The position numbers and the translations under genes were made by a program. Shown one piece after another: positions 37,509 through 49,705 of a stretch of DNA of 64,000 bases. Positions within the stretch are counted from its first letter, which is position 1; each line of letters begins with the position of its first letter. The DNA is from Moniliella sp. 'wahieum' (Eukaryota). The notes under the pieces were generated by a model. It worked only from the letters and a program-made list of their open reading frames with translations. It made no database searches and was not told the origin of the DNA. The stretch lies in assembly GCA_003971905.1 (NCBI GenBank), contig RSEE01000023.1, positions 1-64,000 on the forward strand, read 5' to 3'.

Positions 37509-39698
37509 ATGCTCGACCACGTTGCTGTCGTCCTCGATGGTACGTAGCTGCCCAGCATGCCATCCTCGTCTCTGCAGCGAAACTAACCCCTTGACTCAGG
37601 CGGGCTCGAGCTCTGGTCCCGCTCTTTCGCCTTCGCCGCTGCTCCCCAAGAGGCGGTGGCGGTGGTGAACCAGCTGGTGCGGGAAGTGTTTATCGAGGAA
37701 CGCACTTCCGCTCCCCTGTCTTCTTCTTCGTCCGACCGGTGGGCCGTTTTGAGGCAGGCCCCTTTGTCGCGCGTTATCTCCAGGTCAACACGCTGGCCAA
37801 GCCACTGCTCTTTGTTGCCGTGCACCAGCTGCTTCCACTCTCTATGTCGACGCCCTGATGCATGACTGGGCCGCCGAGTTTACCCCTTGGTCCGCGATTT
37901 TGTCACTGCCCTTCTCCAGGTAGGCACACCTTCCGGATTGGACAAGGCTACTTCTGCCCTTGATGGCGGTGAGGTGGGGTCGGCCCTCCCGGCAGAGAAG
38001 AGGGAGGCACTTGCTTCCCGTTTGGACGCCTGGGTCCCAAAATTCACTGCGTTGGTCCGGAAACACGAACGTTCCTCTCACTCCACCTCAGGGCGAGGCG
38101 GCGCTCTCTCTGTTCCGAGAGCACCGGGGGCACGTCCGTCTCGGGCGAGTCGGACGTGGATACCTCCCAAGTTGAGGCCAAACCCCTTACTGCTGAAGAG
38201 AAGAAGGAGGGCTGGCTGGCCGCTGTGAGGGCACGTTTGGCCGCATCGGGTTCGGGCAAAAAAGGGAAAAAGTCGAATGGCTTCCCGTGTCCTCAGGCGC
38301 AACTCTCCTACCCGGACAAACAAGGCAAGAAGAAAAGGGAAAAGGAAAGGAGATGCGCAAGTGGGATGCCGATGGCCGCTCCGTGGCTGTCAACCAGGAC
38401 GATTCGGCCTTGGATTTCTACCTCTTCCGCTACAGACCCGGAGGCTCGCAAGCTATGGCAGCCGCATTGGTGGATAAGGCGTCGATGGGCCGGACCGACG
38501 CCAATGGAATGTACGAGGTGGCTGACTTTGAGGGTGAAGGGTAAAGGTGCCTCCAAATCGGGATGGATGTCCAAGCTCTCTACAGGGGGTGGGTCCAATG
38601 GTGGAATCCTCTCCCGGCTAAGTGGGGGAGGCGCTGGGACACTCACCAAGGAAGACTTGGCCCCAGCTTTGCAAGCTATGCAACAGCAACTCCAGTCCAA
38701 GAACGTGGCGGCGGATGTAGCAGCTCGTCTGTGCGCGGGCTGAGGCTCGCCTGGTGGGGCGCCCACGCTCCTCTGGTGGTCTACTGACGGTGGCGCTGAA
38801 AAGATGGTTCGCAACGCCCTGTCCGACTCGATCGCCCGCGTCTTGACTCCTCGCACTTCAACTGATGTGCTAGCTGAGATCTCGGCTCGTAGGACGGCTC
38901 AAGAAGTCAAGGCAGCCGTCGACGCATCTCGTTCGGCCAAAGGCGGAGCTTCCCAAGTTCATCGTCCTTACACCATTGCTTTTGGGGGTAAATGGTGTGG
39001 GTAAGTCAACGAACTTGTCCAAGGTCGCGTTTTGGTTGCTGCAGAACCAGCTTCGTGTGCTCGTCGCGGCTTGCGATACGTTCCGTGCTGGTGCTGTGGA
39101 GCAGTTGCGGTACATGTCCGCAACCTGGGACAACTCCATGATTCCTCTACAGGGGGTGTGACCTCGGTCACTAATGCCGATGGGGCTGAGTCGAGCGAGG
39201 GCAAGGACATTGCTCTTTTGAGGCTGGATATGGGCGGGACGCCGCAGCCTTGGCTGGGCAAGCGATCGCTGCGGGGGAGAAGGGCGGATATGACGTGTGC
39301 TTATCGATACGGCCGGACGGATGCAAGACAACGAACCTCTGATGCGCGCCTGGCACGGCTGGTCCAGGTAAATAACCCGGATAAGATTCTCTTTGTGGGA
39401 GAAGCCTTGACGGGCAACGAAGCGGTCGACCAACTGTCGCGCTTTGATGGCGCCCTCAAAGACCTCGGGGGGCGTGGGCTAGATGGGATGATTCTAACCA
39501 AGTTCGACACGAGTACGTATTTTTTTGTTTGGCCGTATGGTATACTGACCTTCACTGCTAGTTGACGACAAGGGGCGCTACATTGACTGCACGGCGATTA
39601 CGGGCTTGCCCATCTATTTCGTCGGTACAGGACAGACATACACCGACCTGCGTCAACTGAGGGTAAACGCAATTGTCGACGCTCTGATGCGCGATTGA
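37509..39698 (+). CDS. SRP101: signal recognition particle receptor alpha subunit
   Basis: [82 protein letters not shown] and [10 protein letters not shown]. Confidence 0.93.
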
Positions 39699-41245
39699 GC
39701 CAGACGACTATCTGCTTCTCCATGGTTCTTTCATCTCGCTATGCCATCTACTGTAACTACAAAAAATGCAGACCCGCCCTGCGCTTCTTTTTGCCGAGCA
39801 TTGTTAGTGGGCCATTGTCTACATCGCATACGCAGCTGCTGTGTGCTCCACACTCCACGCCGGCTACCACGTCACACTTTTAGTGCCGATTCACTTTTTA
39901 GCGTAAAACGATTACGATCCGCCACCACGTGTGCTATAACTAAAAAAGAGAGTCGCTAGTATGCACGGGGGCTTTTGGGATTTAGCGCAAAGGTTCGCGC
40001 AGACGAGAACTCGCACGCACCGATGTGGCTGAGCTCAGTCTGAGCACTGGATCTGAGCTAGTCCGATAATTGTGGCGCGTTTGAAGACCTAAGGCCTAAA
40101 AGGAAAATAGCATGTTTGAGTAGCTTTCAGTTCAGTTTGCCCTCTATGTTTGGGCGATTCTCGAGCAATCAGCTTCAAGAGGTGCGAGTGGTTGTGAGCG
40201 ACAAACGCGTAGAACTGTGGCTGCCGATCATCTGTTGCATGGTTTGACAGAGAGACTTGGGTAAGAGTCTGCGCATGCTGATCGCCCTGACACACGCGTG
40301 ACGTGACCGAGACGAACATTGTTTTCCTAGTCGGTGAGTCGTCACCACGGTGGGAGCCACCTGCACAGAATGCAGACTGATCCTGGCACTGCTGTGTACG
40401 GCCGGGCCAGTGAAGCTTGAAGCTTGAAGTCATATTTGGTCACTGCGTACAGTCGCTAATTAATGAAGTCAGTATCACTGGTCAGTAGTTACTGTGACAT
40501 CTGACGTCGATCTGACGAATCATTGGTTCCAGCTGATGTGATAGTGACTAGTGACTGCCGTAGGCCTCGTCATGGGTACACCATCGACGTCGGCGATGAA
40601 AACTCAAGACGCAGTGAACGTGTTGAACGTGAGGCTCAGCTGAGCGCGCGCAGCTGAACCGCTGGACGTGGAACAGCCTGTCGAAGCTCAACGCTCAGCT
40701 CAGCGCCCACACGAACACAGCCCATGGCCATGTCAGGAACGCCGCCGGAGAGAAATCGAAACACTTGGCACACACTGGCGCTGTGCTTTCCTCAGCGCGG
40801 GTGGGTTCGGCTGAGCGGCCAAAACACACAAAAGAGGCCCCGTGCCGAGCGGGTTTAGAAGAAGTTTGAATCAGATGAGTTGGCACACTTGTCGCCCACA
40901 GAACGAGTGGCGTGGACGCATACCCATCGATGATGCCGTGCGGCGCCGGAAACTCTTCCGTCTGGCTGGTGGAGGCGTCCGTGCACGTGTCGTGGCCAAT
41001 GGAACAGGAGAGGGGGGTTGGGGCTGGGAGCCCGCCAGTCTTCCTGAGACAAGTCTTCGCTGGTTTGCTCAACACGTTGAGCTCGACAGCGAGCTGTCGG
41101 CTCCAGGGCACTGTGCTAACCAGCCTTTTCCAATCCGTTGGGCTCAAATTCTGCCCTTTATTTGGCTACTTATCGCCGGCCGCTGCCCACCCGCTCTTCG
41201 ACCTCCCACCAACACTACCACCTCTCCTACTCTTCCACAAAAATC

Positions 41246-42881
41246 ATGGCCCTCGCTCGCAACGCACGCATGACCCAGATTGAGTGGCTTGCTGGCCTCA
41301 ACCCCCTCGGTCTGGAGGAGTCCGCGGCCAACCCAACCAGCGCAAGACTGCCATTGTCTGCACCATTGGCCCCAAGAGCAACCAACGTGCCCCTCAAGGC
41401 CCTCCGCGATGCAGGCATGAACGTTGTCCGCCTCAACGCCTCGCACGGCACTCACGAGTACTTCCAATCGGTCATTGACAACGCGCGCGAGGTTGATGCC
41501 AAGTACCCTGGCCGCCCCTGGCCATTGCGCTCGACACCAAGGGCCCCGAGATGCGCACCGGCATGATGGTCAACGGCGAGGACGCCCCCATCGAGGCTGG
41601 CCATGTCTTCTACGTTACCACTGACGATGCATACGCCGAGAAGTCAAGCCCCGAATACCTCTACATTGACTACAAGAACCTGCCCCAGAAGATCGACGTG
41701 GGCAAGAAGATTTTCATTGACGATGGTATTCTCGCGCTTGAGGTGTTGGCGATTGAGTCGTCTACCATGGTCAAGGTTCGCTCGGTGAACGCCGGTGTCT
41801 TTCGAACAAGAAGGGTGTCAACCTTCCCATGACGGAGATTGACCTCCCCGCTCTGTCGGCCAAGACGAGGCCGACATTCGCTTCGCCGTTGCGCAGAACC
41901 TGGATTACGTCTTTGCGTCTTCATTCGCACCCCCGAAGACGTCAAGCACATCCGCAAGGTCCTTGGCGAGGATGGCGCTCACATCAAAATTATTCCAAGA
42001 TCGAGTCTCACCAGGGTGTTCAGAACTTCACTGACATTCTCAAGGAGACTGACGGCATCATGGTCGCTCGTGGTGACTTGGTATTGAAATCCCGGCCGAG
42101 GCTGTGGCTGTGAGCCAGGTGCGTCTCTCCTTTCCTAACTCACGCACTTCATGCTGACTCCCTGTTTCCGCCCACTAGAAAATGATGATTGCCCAGTGCA
42201 ACCTGGCCGGAAAGCCGGTTATCTGCGCCACCCAGATGCTCGAGTCTATGATCAAGAACAACCGCCCCACTCGTGCCGAGGTGTCGGATGTGTTCAATGC
42301 CGTGCTCGATGGCGCTGACTGTGTCATGCTTTCCGGTGAGACGGCCAAGGGTCTGTACCCCGTGGAAGCAGTCACCACCATGGCCCAGACCTCTCGCCTG
42401 GCCGAGTCGGCGATTGCCTACCCCGCCCTCTTCAACGAAATGCGCCAGGTGTTCAGACGCCGACCCACACCGAGGAGACGGTCGCCATGGCTGCCGTGGC
42501 TGCCTCGCTGGAGCAGAACGCTGGTGCGATCCTGCTCATGTCCACCTCGGGTAACACTGCCCGTCTTGTGGCCAAGTACCGGCCGAAGTGCCCTGTGCTC
42601 GTTATTACCCGTAACGAGCAACCGTTCGTGCTTGCCACTGTACCGCGGCACCTACCCCTTCCTCTACGCCGACACGCGCCCCTCAGCAGGCAAGTGGCAC
42701 AGGACGTGGACAACCGCATCAAGTTCGGCTTTGCCCAGGCTCTTGAGCTTGGTATCCTCAAGCCTGGTGCCACCGTCGTTGCCCTCCAGGTTGGCGTGCG
42801 GGCAAGGGTGCGACCAACTCGATGCGCATCCTCTCCGTCCCCACCCACGAGTCGGGGCTCGAGCTCGAGGCGGCACACTAA
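41246..42881 (+). CDS. CDC19: pyruvate kinase
   Basis: [46 protein letters not shown] and [28 protein letters not shown]...[12 protein letters not shown]. Intron at about 42110-42178. Confidence 0.97.
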
Positions 42882-44105
42882 TTTTTCCCTTGATTCTCAT
42901 GGCAACGTCTCCTATCATGTTACCCATCTCTCTCTTTGTCACTCGTTTTTGAATGCCTTGATTCTGAGTTACAAGAGCGCTCATTGGTAGACGCAAGAAC
43001 CATAGTTGACTCGACGTCATGGGAAGGCCAAACTAACCTGCTCTGTGCGCATGCTACCTCCTTTCGACCAGCGTGGGAACATTTATGTGTTGGGGATGCC
43101 TCTTAAACTTGCAATAGATCCTGAAGTGGTGGATTCCCAGCGGCCATTGAGGCCGGAGGCTGTCCATCGTCTGAATGAATTGCTAACTCGTTCATACTAG
43201 TACAGTAGCATTTGCAAAGCCAAGACAAAGAAGAAAAAGTGCGCCTAATGGCTCGCTCATCCTGCCGTCCTGTCCATGTCAGCTCGTGCGACCCCAATCA
43301 AGAAGCCAATGATATCGACATCCGGTCCGGGCGCAATGCTTCTCCGCCGGGCATTTCCGGGTATTTCCAAACGGATGTAGCCTGACGTAACGCGAGTGTT
43401 GGATACGAATTAGTGTTGTGGATGTGTGAACGTCGATGACCCATCTCTCCACAATGAGCTTTTTTGGCAAAAGAAGTTCCTTCCAGTGCCCAAACTTCTT
43501 CGCAATCCTGTCTGAGGAAGACCGACGGACTTCTGCTTCAAAGGGGGTTTACAGTCACTACGAAAAAACGTGATCTATTCTCTTTCCGTGTGTGCATCAA
43601 GGGAAGATAGCCTAAGTCTTATGAATGCCATAATCGTCACTTGGGAGGGTTAAGGATACTCACCAACAGCTGGTGCGTATCTGGGCTCATACAGTTCCTT
43701 AAGCGGCCCCCTGGACGAAGAGACTGGACGAGGAGGACGAGGTGATGGAAAAGATGGCGCCCCTTTCCTTCGGTCAGATTTCTGACTAGAGGGTCAAGTA
43801 TCCCTGTCAAAGTGGGTGCAGGTCAAGCTGTGGAAAGAACGTATGTATGTCTTCCCCCGACTAAACCCCCATTTTAATCTGGGGCCCTCCTCCCCAGGAT
43901 CCAAAAAGCCCATAATAGTTCAACAATCCAAATTCCATCCCGTCGCATGCTTCCAAGAAGGGGGTGGCATCCTCGCTAGGACCTCAATATGGTAATCATT
44001 ACCACATCTCTGTGGCCATCATATCCTAATCTTTGAGTCTGTTTCCCACGCGTCATCGCAGTAGTAGATGTATGCATATCCTTGAGCTTGGCATCAGGAC
44101 TCGTT

Positions 44106-45241
44106 CTATAGAGCCCGGCGCTCGGCAACCTTGATCAGGTCGGCCACAACGCCCATGGCGGTCACGTCGGCACCAGCACCAGCACCTTGGACAAGCAAAG
44201 GACGGACAGGGTAGCGCTTAGTAGTAAAGGAGACAATGTTTCGCTCCCCCCCAGCGAGGCGGCGAAAGGGTGGGTAGCATCGTACTTCTCCAAACTGGCC
44301 TTGACCTCTCCCGATTGAGCATCAATCACTCCAACGTAGCGCCAGACTTTCCTTCTTTCTTGGCCTCCTCACGCAGCGCCGCCAGCTCATCGAATTCGGC
44401 CAACTTGGCAATGTAATCGTCGCCATCCGCCACCTTGCCTTCTTTTTCCAGGGCGGCGAGCTTGTCGGGGGTAAGCGATTTGGTCGGCACAGAGGCAAAT
44501 CCCTCAGGAAGAGGAGCAGCCTTGGCCACAGTGGGGACCAGGCGGGACAAGATGGTCAACTTGCGAGCTACATCCGAGCCTGACAAGTCATCGCCAGGGT
44601 ACGGTTCGGTGTACCCGTTCTTCTTAGCTACCGCCACCACCTCGGAGAACTTTGCAGTGCTGTTGAGCGAAGGTGGGCACCACACATTGAAGATGTACGA
44701 CAGGGTACCAGAAAAGACACCCTCAATCTTGTGGATCTCATCACCGTGGCAACCAGGTCCTTCAGCGTTGAAATGATGGCAAGCCGGCGCCCACCGTGCT
44801 CTCCAGCTGAATCAGTGGCCCCTGGGGTCCGGCCTGTCCTCGAGCGCCTTTAGGATATCATCAAACAAACTCTTGGGACCCGAGTAGGCCTTCTTGTTGG
44901 GCGTTACAACGCCCCGCCCGATGAAGAGGGGGTAAGCAGGCGATGGCATCGTTCGAGTGTTGTCGACCACGACCGTGTGCTTGCCGCCGGCTCGGGAGGC
45001 AAGGAGCTCGATCAGCTGCGATGGGGCCGGGGCGGTGGTGGTAGAAGCGGCGAGTGGGAAGGCCAGTCGGGTCCAAGCGGGCCCGAGGGCAAGAGCAGCT
45101 TGCGCGAATTCTGCACACTTACAATCCGCAGTGCCTGGGCAGGATGGGAGAGCTGGTGATCTGTGCTATCACAGCGCTGCCAACCAGGCCAGCACCGACG
45201 ATGGCAACGTTGACGTTTCCGCTGAAGCTCGGGGCAGCCAT
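44106..45241 (-). CDS. HOM6: homoserine dehydrogenase
   Basis: NVAIVGAGLVGSAV, NKKAYSG, ESTVGAGLP, IEGVFSGTLSYIFN, GYTEPYPGDDLSGSDVARKLTIL and LLVQGAGAGADVTAMGVVADL. Confidence 0.95.
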
Positions 45242-45928
45242 GGGGAGATAGAAGGGGGGGGAGGAGAAGGAGGAGAGGTGGTGGTAGTGAGGCTGTCACG
45301 AAGTGCAGTCGAGGCGGGGAGGGCAGGCAGCCCACGAAGGCGATTTTTTCTCCGTCCTATATATACAGCACGTGCACGGTCTCCGCTGGAAGGCGTGCGA
45401 GCTTGCGCTTGAACAACAGCAGCAGTTGAGGTTAAAAGTTACAAGGCGGATCTGTCGGGGGGAGGGGGCTGACGTAAGGCATGTGGTGGCTGGGTTCGTG
45501 GGCGGCGTAATCGCGTAATCATGTCCAACGCATGCAGTGCTCTGAGATCATTCAGGTTTCAACGCGTAATTATATCGCCTCAGTTGGTGGATGCCGATGA
45601 TGATGGGATGGTATCGTGCCACTTGCCTGTTTACGCCCGGACGGGCCAGCGGAGGCGAGCAGGCGTGGAGTACGTCGAGTGCAACACACCCTGGTTACGT
45701 CAGCCGTTGCACGAGCACACTGCCCCCCCCCTGCCCCCCCCCGGTCGGCAGGTGCAACAGGGTTGGTTGCGTCCCGCACGGGGCCAGCAGCCCCACGCCA
45801 CAAGCGCCTCGTCCCTCAAGTCTGCTCCCGCTTCTTCCCCTCTCCCCCACCACCAAGACTCCTTCCCTGCGCCCCGCCTCCCACACTGCCGTCGTCAGAC
45901 GCGCAGAGACCGACTCTTGCCCGCTCAT

Positions 45929-46373
45929 ATGAACATCGAAAACCTCCAGCGCTACGACCCCTTTGCCGACGTCGGCGAGGAACCCCCGGCTCCCAAGTCG
46001 TCTGCTCCTCAGGAGGCTACCAAGCACAAGTCCAAGACCACTGTTGATGGCTACATCCACATTCGTGTTCAGCAGCGCAATGGCCGCAAGACGCTCACCA
46101 CTCTCCAGGGTCTGCCCAAAGGTATGCTTCCTCTCGCTCCTTCTCTCCCTCGTTCCAAATGGTTTGTACTGACAATTATTGGCAACAGAGTACGACCCCA
46201 AGAAGCTCATCAAGGCGTTCAAGAAGGAGTTCGCCTGCAATGGTACGGTTGTCGATGATGTTGAGGCCGGCCAGGTAATCCAATTGCAGGGCGACCAGCG
46301 TCAGAAGATTGCTGCCTTCCTCTCGGAGGAAGTCGGCATTCCCAAGGCGACCATTAAGGTCCACGGTTTCTGA
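45929..46373 (+). CDS. SUI1: translation initiation factor eIF1
   Basis: MNIENLQRYDPFAD, YIHIRVQQRNGRKTLTTLQGLPK, intron 46122-46188, then EYDPKKLIKAFKKEFACNG...IQLQGDQR...IKVHGF*. Confidence 0.97.
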
Positions 46374-47321
46374 GCTCATCGGTATGAGCTTACGGGCAGT
46401 TTCTGCTGGGCACTTTTTCTAGCACCTGGGTCTGTTGTGGCCCCAGGCTTGTCGGAAATGAGAGTGCATAAAGTCGACGTTGGCCCATGGGCTCTGTAGC
46501 CCACCTGTATGGTGGCGCTCAGTGGCACTCCCCTACCAATTTGTTGGGTCTCGATCAGTGTTGCTTGCTACAGAGCGAACACTGTTTCCCCCTTGGCAGT
46601 ATCTCCAGTGGCCTGAGCCTCTGGTGGATGAAGCCTCATGGCATCGTGGTGTATACCCAGCAGCCCGTTCCAATTGGACAGTTTGTCGCGAGGCTTTGAA
46701 GCTTGGAGGGTGTGATGCGATGATAGGCGACGTGCATATATAGCCACGTACTCTGGCAGGGGCGGGGACGTTTGGAGAGGCGGGTCGCATTCGCTAGGAA
46801 GAGGGAATAGACACGGAGGGTACGCTCATCTGCGTTGGCTGCTGATCATTTTTGATGGCAAGAGGCTCCAAGCTAGCAGGTCAGTAGGAGCTGGTCTCCA
46901 GGAATGGCGGTGACTAGTGCCAGTGAAGCTTGAAGCTAGCTTGACGTGCTTTACGCTTGAGCTCTGGAAGTGACTGGAAGCACATCGAGACAATGAAACA
47001 GCGACCACAGCGGCTGCCGGGCTACGCTCACCGAAGGCGCGAGCCGCGCGGAGCTCAGCCCAAGCAGTGGCGGGTGACGCGGTGACGTCACGCGTGATGG
47101 TGACCCGCAGCGAACAGCACCGGGCGGAATGACGCGCGAAGAAGCTTGGGCTGGACGCGCCTGGCGGCGGAATGCGGCAAGGGAGCACAGGGCGAGTGGG
47201 TGGACAAAAATTGCTGTGGGCGAGATGAAAGGTGACTGAAATGATAGTTTGAGAAGCTGCCGACGCCTTCGCTTCGCTGCTCCTCTCGCCCCGCTCTTCT
47301 GCGCCGCCACCCCCACCCGAT

Positions 47322-48429
47322 ATGGCAGCTCCCGCATCGCCCTTCCCGGACCTCCATACGCCTGGCTCTGCCCCTGGAGAGCCTCTTTCTGAGCAGCTCC
47401 ATCTCCGCCCCAGTCTGACCGCCTGAACGCGGACGAGGGTGCAAACGCTCCCTATGGGTTCTTCACCCCGGTCATCGAAGCCGCCGGGCGTCTGCACGCG
47501 GCCCGCAAGCACCTCGACTTGCCCAACCCAGGCTCCGTTGAACACCTCCAGCGCGAGGTCAAGGCTACGCACCTGACCAACCACTTCTTTGACGGCGCAC
47601 GCGCTGACTTGACCAAGGTGTTTTCCGTTAACCCTGTCTTCCAAGTTACCCATGCCTTCAGCATGCCCAACGCCCCCAACCCGCCCAGCTACAACTTTGG
47701 CGCGGTCTTGGGTGACAGCCGCCACTTCCTTCAGGGTGGCGTTGATGATTCGGGTTCGGTAACTATGCGCGCGAACCGTGGCTGGGGCTTTGGTCACATT
47801 TCCAAGATCCAGGCCCAGCTGGTAAGCGGCTCAGGGTCGTTTGTGCAACTCGAGCACGACTACCAAGGCTCGGACCACAACCTGAATCTCAAGGCGCTCA
47901 ACCCTTCGATCAACAATGGCACCGGTATTTTCATGGGAAGCTACCTGCAATCCCTTACCCGCAACTTTGCCTTTGGCTTGGAGACCGTCGTACAACGGCC
48001 TTCGCCTGAAGTCCAGGAGGCCACTACGGGCTACCACGCCAAGCTCACTGGCGACAAGAAGGACTGGATTGCTACCGTTTCGGCCCAAGGAATGGGGTGC
48101 TGCAAGCCTCCTACTGGCAGAACTTGCGGAACGGGTGGATGTGGCGGCGGACTTGTTGCTGCTTGCGTGGGCCCCAAGCGCGAAGCGACGGCAACTCTCG
48201 GTGCCAAGTGGGACTTCCACATGTCCACCCTCCGGACCCAGATTGACTCGACTGGCAAGCTCGCGACCCAAATCGAACAGCGCTTGCCCCCACCTTCTCC
48301 TTCACTGTGGGTGGAGAGATTGACCATGCCAAGGGCGCCTCGCGCTTTGGTGTGGGTCTTAACATTGAGTCGGGTACCGAGATTGACCCGACCACTGTGC
48401 CGCCGACCCCCCCTTCGCTCCCGCTCTAA
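47322..48429 (+). CDS. TOM40: mitochondrial outer-membrane import channel Tom40
   Basis: LPNPGSVEHLQREVK, FDGARADLTK, FQVTHAFSM, QLEHDYQGSD, SYLQSLT and ATLGAKWDF. Confidence 0.94.
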
Positions 48430-49456
48430 CCGGCTGCCCTGGTGGGGGATAGGACGGATCAAAAATGCCACAACACTGCTATTGTGTTTTGCTCGGCCTT
48501 GCTCAGCGCTCATGGCCAAGCACCTACTCTTCTCCTCACGCCGCTTCTATCTTGTGCCATCACGCTCGGTACTGTATTTGCCTCTGCATCCTTTGCATTC
48601 ATACACCACCACTTCTCAACTTTTCCATTAAGTTGGGCTCCGTAGTAAACTTTGGAAAGGACAGTGGATTGGCGTACTTCAACAGATGGTACAAATTGAT
48701 GCTCACTCTGGCTCACACAGGTGAATGCACAAATGGGACCATGTGATTCAGCTATTCAGCATTCGCATTCGATACTCGGCGCTGACGCACTGACGAGGAG
48801 AGGGGATATGTCTCCTTCAAATGGGGCATCAACGTCATCAACGGTCAATTGGGTTAGTGCAAATAAAGAGGAGGCTTAATGAGCTTAATGGTCGCGATGA
48901 TGATTGCATCCTCAAGAGTCTCTCACAAGTCTCAAGTCTCAAGTCACTACTAGTCAACGGGGGTCAACAGGATGTGAGAACGCATGGCGTGCGACGGCTA
49001 AAGCGTTGAAGCTTGAAGCTTGAAGCTTGAAGAGTGAGCGAAATTTACCTCCTGTGGTTGGGATGGAGATAATGCCGCTCTTAAGCAATGTACATAACCT
49101 TCCGACCGCTCAGAACACCTCGTCAGCGCTTCAGCTTCTGACGGATTCTTCCGCCCTTTCAAGAAAAAGAACGGCAAGAATGAGATTAATGAGAGACGAC
49201 GAGGGGCGTGCGATGAACCTGATGAACGCTCGATTGATATTCCGGAGCGTTATCCCGGAAGAGGCTGGTGTGTGGACCCATAGCGATCTCGCAGCAGTGC
49301 TGGGACATCTGTGTATAGCCGGGCGAGTCCCACCGGTACTACTTTTGATGTAGACGAGAACAGAAGTGTCATCGATCATCGACGATCCACGGCTGGTTGC
49401 CAGCGATGTATGACGCATGATGCTGATGATCGATGATGCATGGTGGACATACACGA

Positions 49457-49492
49457 CATCATGCATCATGCATCATGCATCATGCATCATGC
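49457..49492. repeat. (CATCATG)5 heptamer array, the longest of many intergenic 7-bp arrays
   Basis: CATCATGCATCATGCATCATGCATCATGCATCATG read directly from the sequence. Confidence 0.9.
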
Positions 49493-49705
49493 TTCACATG
49501 ATCACCCTAACCGGTGCAGAACCCGTGTTCCGAGGCGCGCAAGAGGAGACTGGCGCTGTGCAAGTTCCGCGAATGCGCGCTGGCCTAGGGTTGGGTGGAC
49601 GCGACGCGCTGCGTCCGAAATTGCCAAGCGCTCGCTCGATTTCGGAACGGCCGGATCATCAATCTGTTGACGACCCACCACCGACCTCCCTCTTTGTCCT
49701 CGGCC

